64,000 bases of DNA from NCBI GenBank assembly GCA_951406725.2, contig OX597825.1:72478001-72542000 (forward strand), read 5' to 3'. The translations under genes and the position numbers were made by a program. Source of the stretch: Octopus vulgaris. Its lineage: Eukaryota. The notes beneath the pieces were generated by a model that saw only the letters and a program-made list of their open reading frames with translations, did not search any database and had not been told where the DNA came from. This document shows, piece by piece, positions 40,768-53,374 of the stretch. Positions within the stretch are counted from its first letter, which is position 1; each line of letters starts with the position of its first letter.

Positions 40768-41579
40768 GGACACAGAAATATATATATATATATATATACA
40801 TTTCGATTTTGGATTTGATTTGTAAGGTTCTTTATGTGAGTTCGTGTGTTGAAACATATTCTGTTGTGTCTGGATAGAGTCATTTCCTTTTTGTGCTTTA
40901 TAATTTATAATTTTTATAAAAAAATAAGGAATAAGTGGAAATTTTAACGGTAAGAAGAAGAGAGAGAAATTGTGAAACCCAGAGGAATGAGAAATAGTCT
41001 ATTTATTGAAACAGGCGGGAGGACATATGTGTCTGTCGAATCGGTGTTAGAGGTGGATCCATAACTAAAATTACAAAAATATATCAGTAATGAAAATTGC
41101 GAATTATTATATTTAAACGAGAAGAAAGTATTAAATACGAAGTGTGTCTCATAAATGATATTGCATTTAATTTCTTAATTATATTTCCGTGATAATTCCT
41201 TAATTTGAAAATTAAGAAATGTAGTGAAATCAAAAAGTAAATAAATATTTCCCCAATTGCAAATATTCTAGAAATAGTGGGATTCTTTGTATTCTTTTTC
41301 GGTTTACTGCCTTATTTGGCAGTAAATGAGATTATATGATAATTGTGAATAATATAATTAAATAACACCACGGTTCGGTTAGTATGAATGTTGATACTGT
41401 TGGTAGCCAGCGGGTAACCATTACTAGTCTTGTTGTACTAAACTGTTTTTTTGTTTTTATTGTTTCTGTTTTGTTGTTCTTCTTCATCTTAATATTTTCT
41501 TTTCTTCGTTCTGTTTTGTTTTAATCTTTATTCTTCCTTCTTTTTATTTTATTTTATTTTATTTTATTTTATTTATTTC

Positions 41580-42580
41580 TATTTTGTACTATTTCCCTTC
41601 CTTTTTCTACTTCTTCCGCTACAATTATTATTCATATTTTCTTCTACTCCTACATCTTCTTCTTCTTCCTCCTCCTCCTCCTCCTTCTTCTTCCTCTTCT
41701 TCTTCTTCTACTACTACTACTACTACTACTGCTACTATTTCTCCTCCTCTTCCTCCTCCTCCTCCTCCTCTTCTTCTTCTTCTACTACTACTACTACTAT
41801 TACTACTTCTCCTCCTCTTCCTCTTCCTCCTCCTTCTTCTTCTTCTTCTCATTCTTGTTCTGCTACTGCTGCTGCGGCTACTGCCGCTTCTTTGCTTCTT
41901 TTTTTTTTCTCATTCTTCTTCTTCTTCTTCGTCTGCTGCTGCTGCGGCTACTGCCATTTTTTTGCTTCTTTTCATTTTCTCATTCTTCTTCTTTTGCTGC
42001 TCCTTCTTCTACTTCTTCCTTTTCTCTTACTACTACCACTCCTGCTGCAACTACTACTACTACTAGTACTACATCTTTTTCTTCTTTCTTTTTGGCGCTA
42101 GTAGTGACTCAGGTATAGTGGAGACGGAAGACGGTGGTCTTCCGTGTTGTATTTAAGGTGTCACTGTGGTGTGAAGCCGCGGTGGCAGCGGCACTGGTGG
42201 CAGTAGTGGTAGTGATGATAATGTTAGTGGTAGTGGTGGTGATGGTGGTAGTTGTGGTGGTGATGGTGGTGGTGGTGATGCTGCTGTTGGTGGTGCTGGT
42301 GGCGGCGATAGTTTTGGTGTGATGGAGATGGTATTGGTGGCGGTGGCTATGGTAGTTGTGGCGATAATGATGGCATGGTAGTATACCAACATCACACCAA
42401 CATTATCACTATCATCACACCAACATTATCACCACTAGTATCACATCTCTATAATCACCACCAACAAACCAACACAATTACCCCATCACACCAACATTAT
42501 CACTAACAGCTCAACATTATCACGACCACAGTAATAATGGTGGTATGATGGTGGTGATAATGTTGAGGTGATGGTCACGA
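41580..42580. repeat. Compound trinucleotide low-complexity tract (CTT/CCT/CTA, then GGT and CAC)
   Basis: Visible triplet runs; the ORFs here are homopolymeric in all frames. Confidence 0.9.
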
Positions 42581-42714
42581 TTAAACTGATGTAATACTAT
42601 TGCTTATGATAGGGATCATAAAAGTATTGGGATGATAATGTAGATTCAAGTAACAGAACATCTATATTGAACATTTTTAATCCTACATCGTATTTGTGAA
42701 CTAGTATGAAAATA

Positions 42715-43280
42715 TTGGGTTGTCCGGAAAGTTCGAGCTGATTTTTAAAGGAAAGAAAAAGGTTAATAAATACTTGCCATTACATTTTTAATCAACCAAA
42801 TATGAACGATGTTGTTGCACAATGCGTCTCCATCTTTCCTTTAACTTGAAAATACCCTCTTCCCAGAATTGAGGTTGTTTCATGGTAAAGAATTCATCAA
42901 GCTATCTTTTTATGTCATCCAAGGAATTGAAATTTTTACCATTAAGACTATTCTGCAGAGACCTGAATTAACGGAAATCCGAAGGAGCAATATCTGGTGA
43001 ATTTGGAGGGTGGGGTAATACATCCCAGCCGAGCTGCAGCAATTTTTGTCTGGTTCCCAAAGCATCAAGTGTCGAAAATGAACTTTCTTATCTTCCATTT
43101 TAAAGGGTTACAAAATCAACACAGGTTATAGGAACATAAACCTTCTTCCACAAAAAGATAGCTTAAACTGTGCTGTAAATGGAAGTGTAGTCAAATCCTA
43201 TTTTATGGACTCAACCATGTTCTAAAATAAGTCGAAAGGTAAGCTACCATAAATCGGCACGAAATTTACGGACAACCCAA
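42715..43280 (-). mobile_element. Internally deleted mariner transposon with both TIRs
   Basis: TA|TTGGGTTGTCCGGAAAGTTCG ... CGAAATTTACGGACAACCCAA|TA. Minus strand MEDKKVHFRHLMLW is joined to LLQLGWDVLPHPPNSPDIAPSDF..FRSLQNSLNGKNF...GIFKLKERWRRIV. Confidence 0.93.
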
Positions 43281-43784
43281 TATTTTAAACGCGATGCTAT
43301 ACTTCAAAAATACAAATATGTTGTGTTCTTCCTTTCCAGAAAACTACACCATACATCATTTTGAATTTGAATTCTGTTGAATAACCCCTGAAGATTTCAT
43401 CTCTAATTAGTCGCTTATATGTCAGTCAAAATCTTCATTCATAATATTTAATGAGGATTTCATTTAAAAACTCTTTTTTGTATGAGACCCTAACTAGGTG
43501 CTATGAATATCCTGTTTGAAAACACTTTAAACACACGCCGGTTTTCAAATGTGGTTCTGTTTGATTTCTGATAGTCGACTTTTGACACCTTGTCTTTTTT
43601 GTTTTATTACCTTTCAGAAAGGATTTCTTAAGGTTGGTCTTGAACTCCTTTTCATTTGATCGCTTAGGATTTTCTTTGTGATCTGACGTTAATTGCAATA
43701 ATCTCCCATTTTTGCAAAAGCTATACAGAAGAAAATCGTCGAAACCCCAAAATTTTCATTCTTTTATTTGTGTCATTTATTATT

Positions 43785-44115
<331 letters not shown>

Positions 44116-45051
44116 TTTGAATTTTGTTTCCATTTTTTGCCGAGTGTCTTCCCAACACCTAGGGCAAAGAAACTCACTGTATACATTGGTGCGCCATCAA
44201 CATAAATACACCAGATTGTTCATTTACAAAGTCATGTGATAGGAAAAAGGGGAAGAAAGACAGAGAGAAAAAGGAAAGAAAGAAAAAGATTAAAAACGAA
44301 AGGGAAAAGGAAGGAAAAATTCACAGCGACAATGCTCTTCTCAATGCGTGTAACGTACAAGTTGAGACAATCTTTTGCACTTCCTACATGGATAGTAAGC
44401 CACGGATCATCCTCAAAACCATCATTATTATTGTTGTTTTTGTTGCTGTTGTTGCTGTTGTTGTTGTTATCGTTGTCGTTGTTGTTGTCAGTTTTGTATT
44501 CACACTCCTCCGCCTTTCAACCTCTTTTCAATGTCCAAGAATATTTGCTGATTTCAATAACTGAAAAGAGTTTTTTTTTTTGTAGGTTTGACGTCATTTA
44601 CTCAAGTTAGAAGTGAGAGGATATCTATTTTCTTTTTTAATTATCATGTACATTGAAAGCTATAAAATGTTCTAAGTTTATAAAAATATGAACAGTCATT
44701 GATCATAAATCATTTCACACGAACATATTTCACATGATATAAATCGACGAGCTGGTACGAGTGCTATCGCTCTAGGCAAAATACTTAACGGCATTTCGTC
44801 TGTCTTTACGTTCTGAGTTCAAACGTCACTGCGATCGACTTTGACTTTCCTCATTCTGAGGTCGGTAAAATAAGTACCAATTGAGCACTTAGGTCGATGC
44901 AGTTGACTTAACCCTGCTCCGAATTTGATGGCTTTGAGCTCAAATTTGAAACCAGTATATTTAATTTTCTATAACTGATTCATTAAAGGAAAGTAAGAAA
45001 GTAATTAAAATGGCCCATATTAATTATTTTCACGAGAGACATATACATATC

Positions 45052-45109
<58 letters not shown>

Positions 45110-45110
45110 T

Positions 45111-45151
<41 letters not shown>

Positions 45152-45268
45152 TGTGTGTGTGTTAGATATATAAAACTGAATTTGTAAAGTTTTCTCTTTT
45201 ATGCACCCAAACAGAAATACTCCTTTCTGCAACTTCAATGATGTGTTTCGTGGATACACTACATGAAA

Positions 45269-45577
45269 GGCGCAATGGAGGCGCAATGGCCCAGTGGTTA
45301 GGGCAGTGGACTCGCGGTTTCGATTCCCAGACCGGGCGTTGTGTGTGTTTATTGAGTGAAAACACCTAAAAAGCTCCACGACGCTCCGGCAGAGGGTGGT
45401 GGCGACCCCTGTTGTACTCTTTCGCCCCAACTTTCTCTCACTCTTTCTTCCTGTTTCTTTCCTGTAACGCTGCGATGGATTGGCGTCCCGTCCATCTGCG
45501 GGGAACACATACGCCACCGAAACCGGGAAACCGGACCCATGAGCCTGGCTAGGCTGGAAAAGGGCGATGTTTATCGT
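45269..45577 (+). mobile_element. Chimeric SINE (family D head plus the tail seen on family C) with 14-bp TSD
   Basis: TACACTACATGAAA at 45255-45268 and 45578-45591. Head as in 18012-18311, tail as in 37362-37463. Confidence 0.9.
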
Positions 45578-45711
45578 TACACTACATGAAATTGAAGACC
45601 TACCAAAGCTAAGGGTGTGAGAGAATCACGGCACAGTGTGTTGAAATGCATATCAATTGCGGCCTTTTTATGAAGAGGAATTTTACTAGACTTTATTTCA
45701 TCGGCTCCTGA

Positions 45712-46010
45712 AGGCACATCGTATAGTGGATAGGGTATTCAGCTCACGATCGCAAGGTCGTGAGTTCAATTCCCGGCGACGTGTTGTGTCCTTGAGCAAG
45801 ACAATTTATTTCACGTTGCTTCAGTCCACTCAGCCTGCAAAAATGAGTTGTCCCTATATTTCAAAGGTCCAGCCTTGTCACACTCTGTGTCACGATAAAT
45901 CTCCATGAGAAATATATTAAGGGTACGGGTGTCTGTGAACTGCTCAGCCTCTTCACGAGCAGGCTGTTCCATTGATCCGATCAACTGGAACACTCGTCGT
46001 GACCGGCGGA
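45712..46010 (+). mobile_element. SINE family C
   Basis: Homologous to 7698-7980 (reverse complement). Confidence 0.85.
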
Positions 46011-46842
46011 CTTCAGTTCCTTTCATCGGCCCCTAAATTGTGTGGGAGCAAGATAATTATCATCAAACCGGAAACCTAGCAGGAATGTTTTCAACGGTGT
46101 GGACTGGTCTAAAAGCTATCAAAGTGCCAGTTCATGGTGATAGATTAAATCTTCCACCCAAGTGATTCATGGTAGGGTCTGAACTCTGTAGGCAAAGAGC
46201 CGCAACATATACCCAAAGGCGTCTGGTTCAATATTCTTACAGTTTTCGCCCCAATCCATCATCTCCTTGCATTGGTAATTTTGTTTAGCCCTACCCCACC
46301 ATACGGCCACCAAAGAAATAAAAAGCAATGTGAATTCGATAGCATTTGAAACCCGGATGAATAGGTTCGAAGCAAATCCCAAGAGGCATTCTATACGACC
46401 CTATAACGGCTCTGCTGATTCGCCGCCTATTACATTACGTATGACAAGTTATGTAACATAATGTAGACATTGATAGAAAATAGGTGTGTTTGTGTGTAGG
46501 AGCGTGTGTGTGTATGTGCACGTGAGTGTGTGCGCGTGTGTGTGTGTGTGTTTGTGCGTGTGTATGTGTGTGTAATGATTAATTCTGCAGCAGTAGATGA
46601 CAGCAACTCCCCTCCACACCCCAAAACATATAAGCAGTATTTTGTCGTTTCCTGAAGAATATCCAAACTTTTTAAATCTGTCCAAAGAAAGAAATCTTCA
46701 TCTGATTTATTTTTCTGTCCACTTTCAGCAACATTTACTCCTACACAAACACACAAACACACACATAAATGCATGTATATATACATACACACACATTAAT
46801 ATATGTATATATATATATACACACAAATATATATATACATAT

Positions 46843-46901
<59 letters not shown>

Positions 46902-46921
46902 AATATATATATACATATATT

Positions 46922-46981
<60 letters not shown>

Positions 46982-46983
46982 TT

Positions 46984-47047
<64 letters not shown>

Positions 47048-47049
47048 TT

Positions 47050-47105
<56 letters not shown>

Positions 47106-47111
47106 TTTATG

Positions 47112-47171
<60 letters not shown>

Positions 47172-47832
47172 CGTATATAAATACATATATATATACACAT
47201 ATATACAAGTATATGTATGTATGTATAAACTCGCACACACATATATTCGATACGCTATGGAGTGAAATCAGACTTTCATTTTGATAAACGTCTGTTTGTT
47301 TGAGTTTTTGCTTTTCTTGTTCCTATCTACAAATTTATTTTTGACTTTTGGGTTGGTTTTGTATTCTAGTTTCTTAAGACTGATTATCTCCTGGAAGGTG
47401 ATTTCTAAATATGACCATATAAGGATAGTCTCTAACATTCCAGGCTGTCGCTCTCTGATTCTGAGCGGCCATACATAAGCAGCTTTCTCTTGCTGTTTCT
47501 TTCTCTCTTTTTCTCTCTCTGTATATCTCTTCTTATACCTGTCGCATTTTTTCACTCCTCAAACTTAGGCAATTTCAAAATATAAGATCGTTTTAAATCT
47601 CTTTCGGAATATCCTAATCCACTTGATCTGCTCACTAGACTACGATTTCCTCTACACGAATATATGCTTCAGTTAGAAACCTTACATTTGCTGATGTTGT
47701 TGCTGCTATTGTTGTTATTGTTCTTCTTCTTCAATTTCTTCAATTTCTTCAACTTTATTTTCTTTTTCTTCAAAGGCACCGCAGTCAAGCTCAGTCGATC
47801 TGGGGTTTTTTCTTACTTTATTAAGGCATAAA

Positions 47833-48050
47833 ACGAGCAGGTGATGAAAAGTTCCTGGCTTTGGGTAAAAGAAAATACAGGTGAATCATTAATTATGAGT
47901 TTATTCAACATATTCCCCTCTCAGATTCACACACTTATTGCAGCAGTCCTTCAGGTTTTCTAAGCCCTGTAAAAGAACTCAGAAGATTAGGTCTCCAACC
48001 TGGCCTTTCGCGACACCCTTAAAGTCAAGAATTTTTCAGCTCCTCCTTTG
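47833..48050 (-). mobile_element. mariner-derived MITE
   Basis: TIRs ACGAGCAGGTGATGAAAAGTTCCTGGCTTT and AAAGTCAAGAATTTTTCAGCTCCTCCTTTG|TA. Minus strand retains TGLENLKDCCNKCVNLRGEYVE*, a mariner C-terminus. Confidence 0.82.
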
Positions 48051-48064
48051 TATACATTTTACAG

Positions 48065-48400
48065 GTAAAGACCCCCTTCGGTCATGGATGACCATGAGAT
48101 TGCACCTAGAAAGTTCTATCCGAGGCACAAGTCCGAGCAAGGTTGTTTATGGAAGACCAGCAGTTACCTATGATACCAGCCTCCAATCTCCACGCCACCA
48201 ATGTTATCCAAGGGAAAGGCAAAGGCCGATACAGCTTAGCACCTGTGACGTCGCAACTCATTTCTACAGATGAGTGAACTGGAGCAACGTGAAATAAAGT
48301 GTCTTGCTCAAGGACACAACACGCAGCCCGGTCCGGGAATCGAACTCACTACATCAGGATTGTGAGACCGACGGTCTAACCACTGAACCATGTGGCTTCA
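48065..48400 (-). mobile_element. SINE family C-type head with a third tail
   Basis: Head shares TTGTGTCCTTGAGCAAGACACTTTATTTCACGTTGCTCCAGT; the tail is unrelated to those at 37362 and 45850. Confidence 0.8.
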
Positions 48401-48449
48401 CATATATATTTTAGCGCCTTTTTTACTAAAGGAAAAAAAAAGAAAAACG

Positions 48450-48830
48450 GGTTTGATTTCGGAATACCTACCTCACGACTCTCTTGCCGCATAGATTATC
48501 TTGGATATTGGTGATACGTTTCCAGCACTCCTTCTCGCTTTGTGGGGATTGTCGATGTTCGTGGTCTTCCAGAACGCTTCTCGTGGACATTCCAAACAGT
48601 TATATCGACTTCAAACTTATCTCTAATTCGAGTGATAGTAAGTCGCGTTGGTGGATCTGTTTGAAATTCCATCCTAAATGGTCTTTGCACTTCAACTGCG
48701 TTTTCACACTTCCAATAGCATTTTAGAATGCATTTCCTTTGTTCAAAGTTAATTCCAATTGGTTTAATCTGGAATGAAAAACCATCGAGTTATCAGCTGC
48801 TAAAGTGTGTAAATACTTTTTTGGGACACC

Positions 48831-48833
<3 letters not shown>
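48450..48833 (-). mobile_element. Tc1-like element 5' end (TIR plus transposase N-terminus)
   Basis: TA|CAGGGTGTCCCAAAAAA TIR; QRPFRMEFQTDPPTRLTITRIRDKFE..TVWNVHEKRSGRPRT. Confidence 0.82.
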
Positions 48834-48872
<39 letters not shown>

Positions 48873-48874
<2 letters not shown>

Positions 48875-49069
48875 TTATTTTATAGAAGGAGCTTCTACAG
48901 GACTAGAACTGTTTCATTCAAAAGAAATCATCAGGAAGCTTCCTGATGATTTCTTTTGAATGAAACAGTTCTAGTCCTGTAGAAGCTCCTTCTATAAAAT
49001 AAATTAATTTACTCTGCTATGTATTGAGTACCTTATTTACTGTGGTTAACCCCGACTCAACCCGGGACC

Positions 49070-49071
<2 letters not shown>
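48873..49071. mobile_element. Palindromic twin-hammerhead element, copy 2
   Basis: Perfect 132-bp palindrome 48873-49004 plus the same tail as copy 1, flanked by (TA)n. Confidence 0.85.
48937..48987 (+). ncRNA. Type I hammerhead ribozyme, canonical CUGAUGA core (mirror copy on minus strand 48890-48940)
   Basis: AGCTTC CTGATGA tTTC tttt GAAt GAA ACAG ttctagtc CTGT A GAAGCT. 6-bp stem I, 3-bp stem II with U.U closing, 4-bp stem III, GUA cleavage after 48981. Confidence 0.78.
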
Positions 49072-49135
<64 letters not shown>

Positions 49136-49206
49136 AGAATTTTTTGCGTAATAAGATAAAAAACCCAAGGCTGTATAGATATTAGAACATTTATAGACAG
49201 AATGTC

Positions 49207-49238
<32 letters not shown>

Positions 49239-49274
49239 TATGTGTGTGTATGTGTGTGTGTTTGTATGTATGAG

Positions 49275-49596
49275 TGTCCATGTGGTAACGAAACTTACTT
49301 CCCAAACACATAGTTCCGGGTTCAGTATCTTCTAATATAGCCACGGGCCGATCAAAGCCTTGTGACTGAATTTGGTTGACAGAAATATACATATATCTAT
49401 GTGTGTCTGTGTGTCTGTATTTGTGTTTGTTTCCCACCACCGCTCAACAACCGGTGGTGTTTTGTTTACATCCCTGTAATCTAGCGGTTCGGCAATAGGG
49501 CCGATATAATAAGTACTAGGTTTCAGAAATAAGTCCTGGAGCCGATTTTGTTCTGCTAAAACCCCCTCAATGACTGAAACAAGTAAAAGTAAAAGA
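49275..49596 (+). mobile_element. SINE family A, degenerate
   Basis: Remnant head, AGCGGTTCGGCAA segment and tail TGACTGAAACAAGTAAAAG. Confidence 0.75.
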
Positions 49597-49710
49597 TATA
49601 TATATCTACATGTAAGTATGTATATATATGTGTATATGTCTATGTATATATATGTGTGTGTGTGTGTACACGCATATAAAAAATATGTAAAAAGTAGATA
49701 TTAGACAGAC

Positions 49711-50140
49711 CAAACACGCTTGATCGCTTTATTTATACTCCAAATGTTACTTCTTCACTTCACCAGCAAATAATTGCCGAAATATTATTATTTTATAAAT
49801 GCATTAAATTTATTACATTCCATCCGTATTATTTCAGCAACTCTAGCGAATGAAGACTCTTCGAGTGCGAGCGGAAGATATTTGCTAAATTAAGCCATAT
49901 TCCACAGAATAAATATCTAATTCAGGTGTATGTTCGATGAGATATTGTGTAATTTAGTAAACAGCTTGCTTTCGTGCCGGAGGATCTTTCATTCGCCAGT
50001 GTTGCTGAAATAATACGAATGTAATGTAATGATGTAATGTAATAAACTTAATGTATTTATTATATAATAATATTCCGGCAATTATCTGCTAGTAATATGA
50101 AGGGGAAACAATTGTAGTATTATGCAATAAAGCGTGTTTG
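49711..50140. repeat. Imperfect foldback element of about 430 bp
   Basis: CAAACACGCTT..GCAAATAATTGCCGAAATATT..CGTATTATTTCAGCAAC..GCGAATGAA pairs with TTCATTCGC..GTTGCTGAAATAATACG..AATATTCCGGCAATTATCTGC..AAGCGTGTTTG. Confidence 0.85.
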
Positions 50141-50295
50141 TTCAATCCAATCTGTCTTGTTTACACATTTTTTTTTATTATTTGCTCTAGGGACATTCAC
50201 GGATTTCAGGATCTACCTTCATTAATGCGACTGGTTTTCGTTGTGAAATTACAGATGATAGTCCAATACTCGTGGACCAGCTTTATAAAGCAAAC

Positions 50296-50362
<67 letters not shown>

Positions 50363-50404
50363 GGCATGGTCCATATCGCCTCGTGCCTATATGCTAGCCT
50401 TGGC

Positions 50405-50493
50405 TTCCTGTTGAAGATGGCAACGCCAATCGTAAATTAAAATTATTTTATTTTATTTACAAAAGATTGCCGAAACTATACATAGTCCAGGAA
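50405..50493 (+). ncRNA. Type I hammerhead ribozyme, U3.G8 core, extended stem II
   Basis: TTCCTG TTGAAGA t GGCAA-(43 nt)-TTGCC GAA ACTA taca TAGT C CAGGAA. All three stems pair perfectly; GUC cleavage after 50487. Confidence 0.8.
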
Positions 50494-50612
50494 AGATAGG
50501 GTAAACGTTTTTATTTCTCTTTCCATTTCAGAGTTACAACTATTAGTGGTTTGGAGTTTAACTGCTCTTTCTAGTGAGTCAGATGTCCTATTATGACCAT
50601 CACTTATGCGTT

Positions 50613-50665
<53 letters not shown>

Positions 50666-50793
50666 TATAAGCAAGGGCTAAAGAAGGTTGTTCTAAAGCG
50701 AATATACTGATAATCCACATTTAATCTGCTTGCTACAGAAAGTTGAACTGAAATTCGGGCAACTATACCTTTGGAACATTTAAATTTCGTTAT

Positions 50794-50852
50794 CTCAATA
50801 TTGAATCAATTTCGGAATTAACCACATAAGGGTTCGTTCGTCTTCAGTTAAG
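50794..50852 (-). ncRNA. Type I hammerhead ribozyme, canonical CUGAAGA core
   Basis: Minus strand: CTTAA CTGAAGA cGAAcgAACC cttatgt GGTTaaTTCc GAA ATTG att CAAT A TTGAG. Confidence 0.68.
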
Positions 50853-52335
50853 CTTACGAGAGAATATAAGTAAGACACTCACGTGCACCTCTGGAAAACA
50901 GCGGAAGCGAATAACACAAGTACATCTGAGTAACCCAATTATATCCAAAAATAAAAGTTTTTAGGTTAAGTCTCAGGACAACATGTTGACTTCCCGCCGC
51001 TACATATTGTAGTGATTACAAGTCCCTGCAGCAAGCAGTAATCACTTTACTACTATTAAAAGGGATGAAGTCTTTTTCTCTACAGAAAAAAATTCAGCTG
51101 GGGATCACATACGCCATTGAAACCGGTTAACCGGACCCATGAGCCTGGCTAGGCTTTAGAAAGGGCGCATTTATTTTATTATTTTTGCGACTGCATATCG
51201 ACTACATCAATCATCATATTTTTCGTATAGTTTAACACAGTCAGAGAAGTTTGAGTGAATATTTGAATGTTATTTCTAGCAAATGAAGTGACAAAATACA
51301 GGATCCCTTCCCGGCGCACGATCAGTAAATGCTTTGTTTTTTTTTTGTATGCTTGTTTATTTTAATATGTCCGTTATTACAGAAGGGGATGCGTATTATG
51401 TTGGGGAGATGGATGTTTTGGTGCTGTAGACTTAAGAATTGGAAGTAAACACGCCATCGGAGATTGTTTGTTGTTTCCGAAGTAGGTTCTTAAGTACAGG
51501 ATTTAAGGAAGAGAAAATGAGAGAAATATATATATGAAAGAACTACTTGTGGATGAGAAAAATGTAGTTAGACGCGCCGAAATGGGGATGCGGCGGAGGA
51601 AGAGGACGAGAACAACAACGCCATCGAGGAGGACTACGTGGAGGAGGAGGAGGAGGACGACGATAACGACAAGGAGGAGTTGGGGTAGAGGTGAAGGAGA
51701 TGCACAGAAAGGAGATGTCTGCGCTAGTGGCGGTGGCAGCGGCAGTGGTGGTGGTGGTCGTCGGCATGGTGTTGTTGTTGTTATTGGTGGTAGTGGTGGC
51801 GGCGACGGCGGTGGTTATGGGGGAGGTGCGGCGGCGGTATTTATGGGGGAGGTGCGGCGGCGGTGGTGGTGGTGGTGGAAGGAGGAGGAGGAGGAGGAGC
51901 AGGTGAAGAAGAAGATGTCGAAGGGGAAGGTGTTTTGTAATTCGGGATTGAAAGAAAATGTAAAGAGGAAAAAAAAATCATGTGTGAGGGGTGAGTGGGA
52001 GGGAAGTAAGGTATTACGGAAGAGATTGAAAAAGAAAAGAATAAGAGATGTGAATGAGTACCAAAGCAAAAGAGGGAAAGAATTGGAAAACGGGTAAAAT
52101 AGACAAAAATAGTCTTCTATGAAAGAATAAGGCGGAGAGCTGGCTGAATCATTAGCGCACCGGCCAAAATGCTAAGAGACATTTTTCCCAGATCTTTACG
52201 TTCTGAGTTCAAACACCGCCGAGGTTAGCTTTGCTTTCTCAGCTTCGGGTTCGATAGGATAAGTACAGCTGACCACTGGGGGGGGCATGTTATTGAAAAG
52301 ACGGAGAAAGAAAAGCGCCAACGATACACACGCGG

Positions 52336-53264
52336 TCACATATTGATATATATATATACAACACAAACACACACACACACACACACGCACACAAACACAC
52401 GCACACACAAACACATGTATATATATGAAATATACGCGCTGGGTTCTTACGCAATTTCCGCCTCTCAAACTATCCCCTCAGAAAACATTGAGAGAAGAAA
52501 GGAGAGGAAAGGAGAGTAAGAAACAAACTCAGAACAAAGGAAGAACAAAGGAAGAGCAAAGTTGTTTGATGGTAATAAACATAACAAGCTTAAATGTAAT
52601 ACAAGGTGAACGCGGGAAAATGAGTGAAAAATCATTAAGATAGGCGCAGGAGTGGCTGTGTGGTAAGTAGCTTGCTTACCAACCACATGGTTCCGGGTTC
52701 AGTCCCACTGCGTGGCATCTTGGGCAACTGTCTTCTGCTATAGCCTTGGGCCGACCAATGCCTTGTGAGTGGATTTTGTAGACCCAAACTGAAAGGAGCC
52801 TGTCGTATATATGTATATATATGTGTATGTGTGTGTGTTTGTGGATATGTTTGTGTGTCTGTGTTTGTCCCTCTAGCATTGCTTGACAACCGATGCTGGT
52901 GTGTTTACGTCCCCGTCACTTAGCGGTTCGGCAAAAGAGACCGATAGAATAAGTACTGGGCTTACAAAGAATAAGTCCCGGGGTCGATTTACTCGACTAA
53001 AGGCGGTGCTCCAGCATGGCCGCAGTCAAATGACTGAAACAAGTAAAAGAGTAAAATAGTATACAGTTGCATGGTCGTGTGGTTAAGAAGCTCGCTTTGC
53101 AACAACCATGTGATTTCGGGTTCACTCCCTCTTCGTGACATGTTGGAGTCCTATAATGTGGGATAATCCATGCCTTCTGAGGGGATAGTTTGAGAGGCGG
53201 AAATTGCGGAGGAACCCACCGCGTATATTTCATATATATACACGTGTTTGTGTGTGCGTGTGTT

Positions 53265-53346
<82 letters not shown>

Positions 53347-53374
53347 GTATATATATATATTTTTCAATATGTGA
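52336..53374. repeat. Inverted duplication; arms 52336-52482 and 53174-53374
   Basis: ATGAAATATACGCG..GCAATTTCCGCCTCTCAAACTATCCCCTCAGAA and the adjacent (CA)n/(TA)n recur in reverse complement. Confidence 0.88.
52643..53056 (+). mobile_element. SINE family A, full length
   Basis: GGCGCAGGAGTGGCTGTGTGG...GGTTCAGTCCC...GAAACAAGTAAAAGAGTAAAA. Confidence 0.93.

Noticed and set aside
51534-52097. 187-aa Gly/Arg/Glu-rich ORF
   Set aside because: Built from GAG/GGT/GGC triplet runs with a short internal duplication; open in several frames, with no domain or convincing splice signals.
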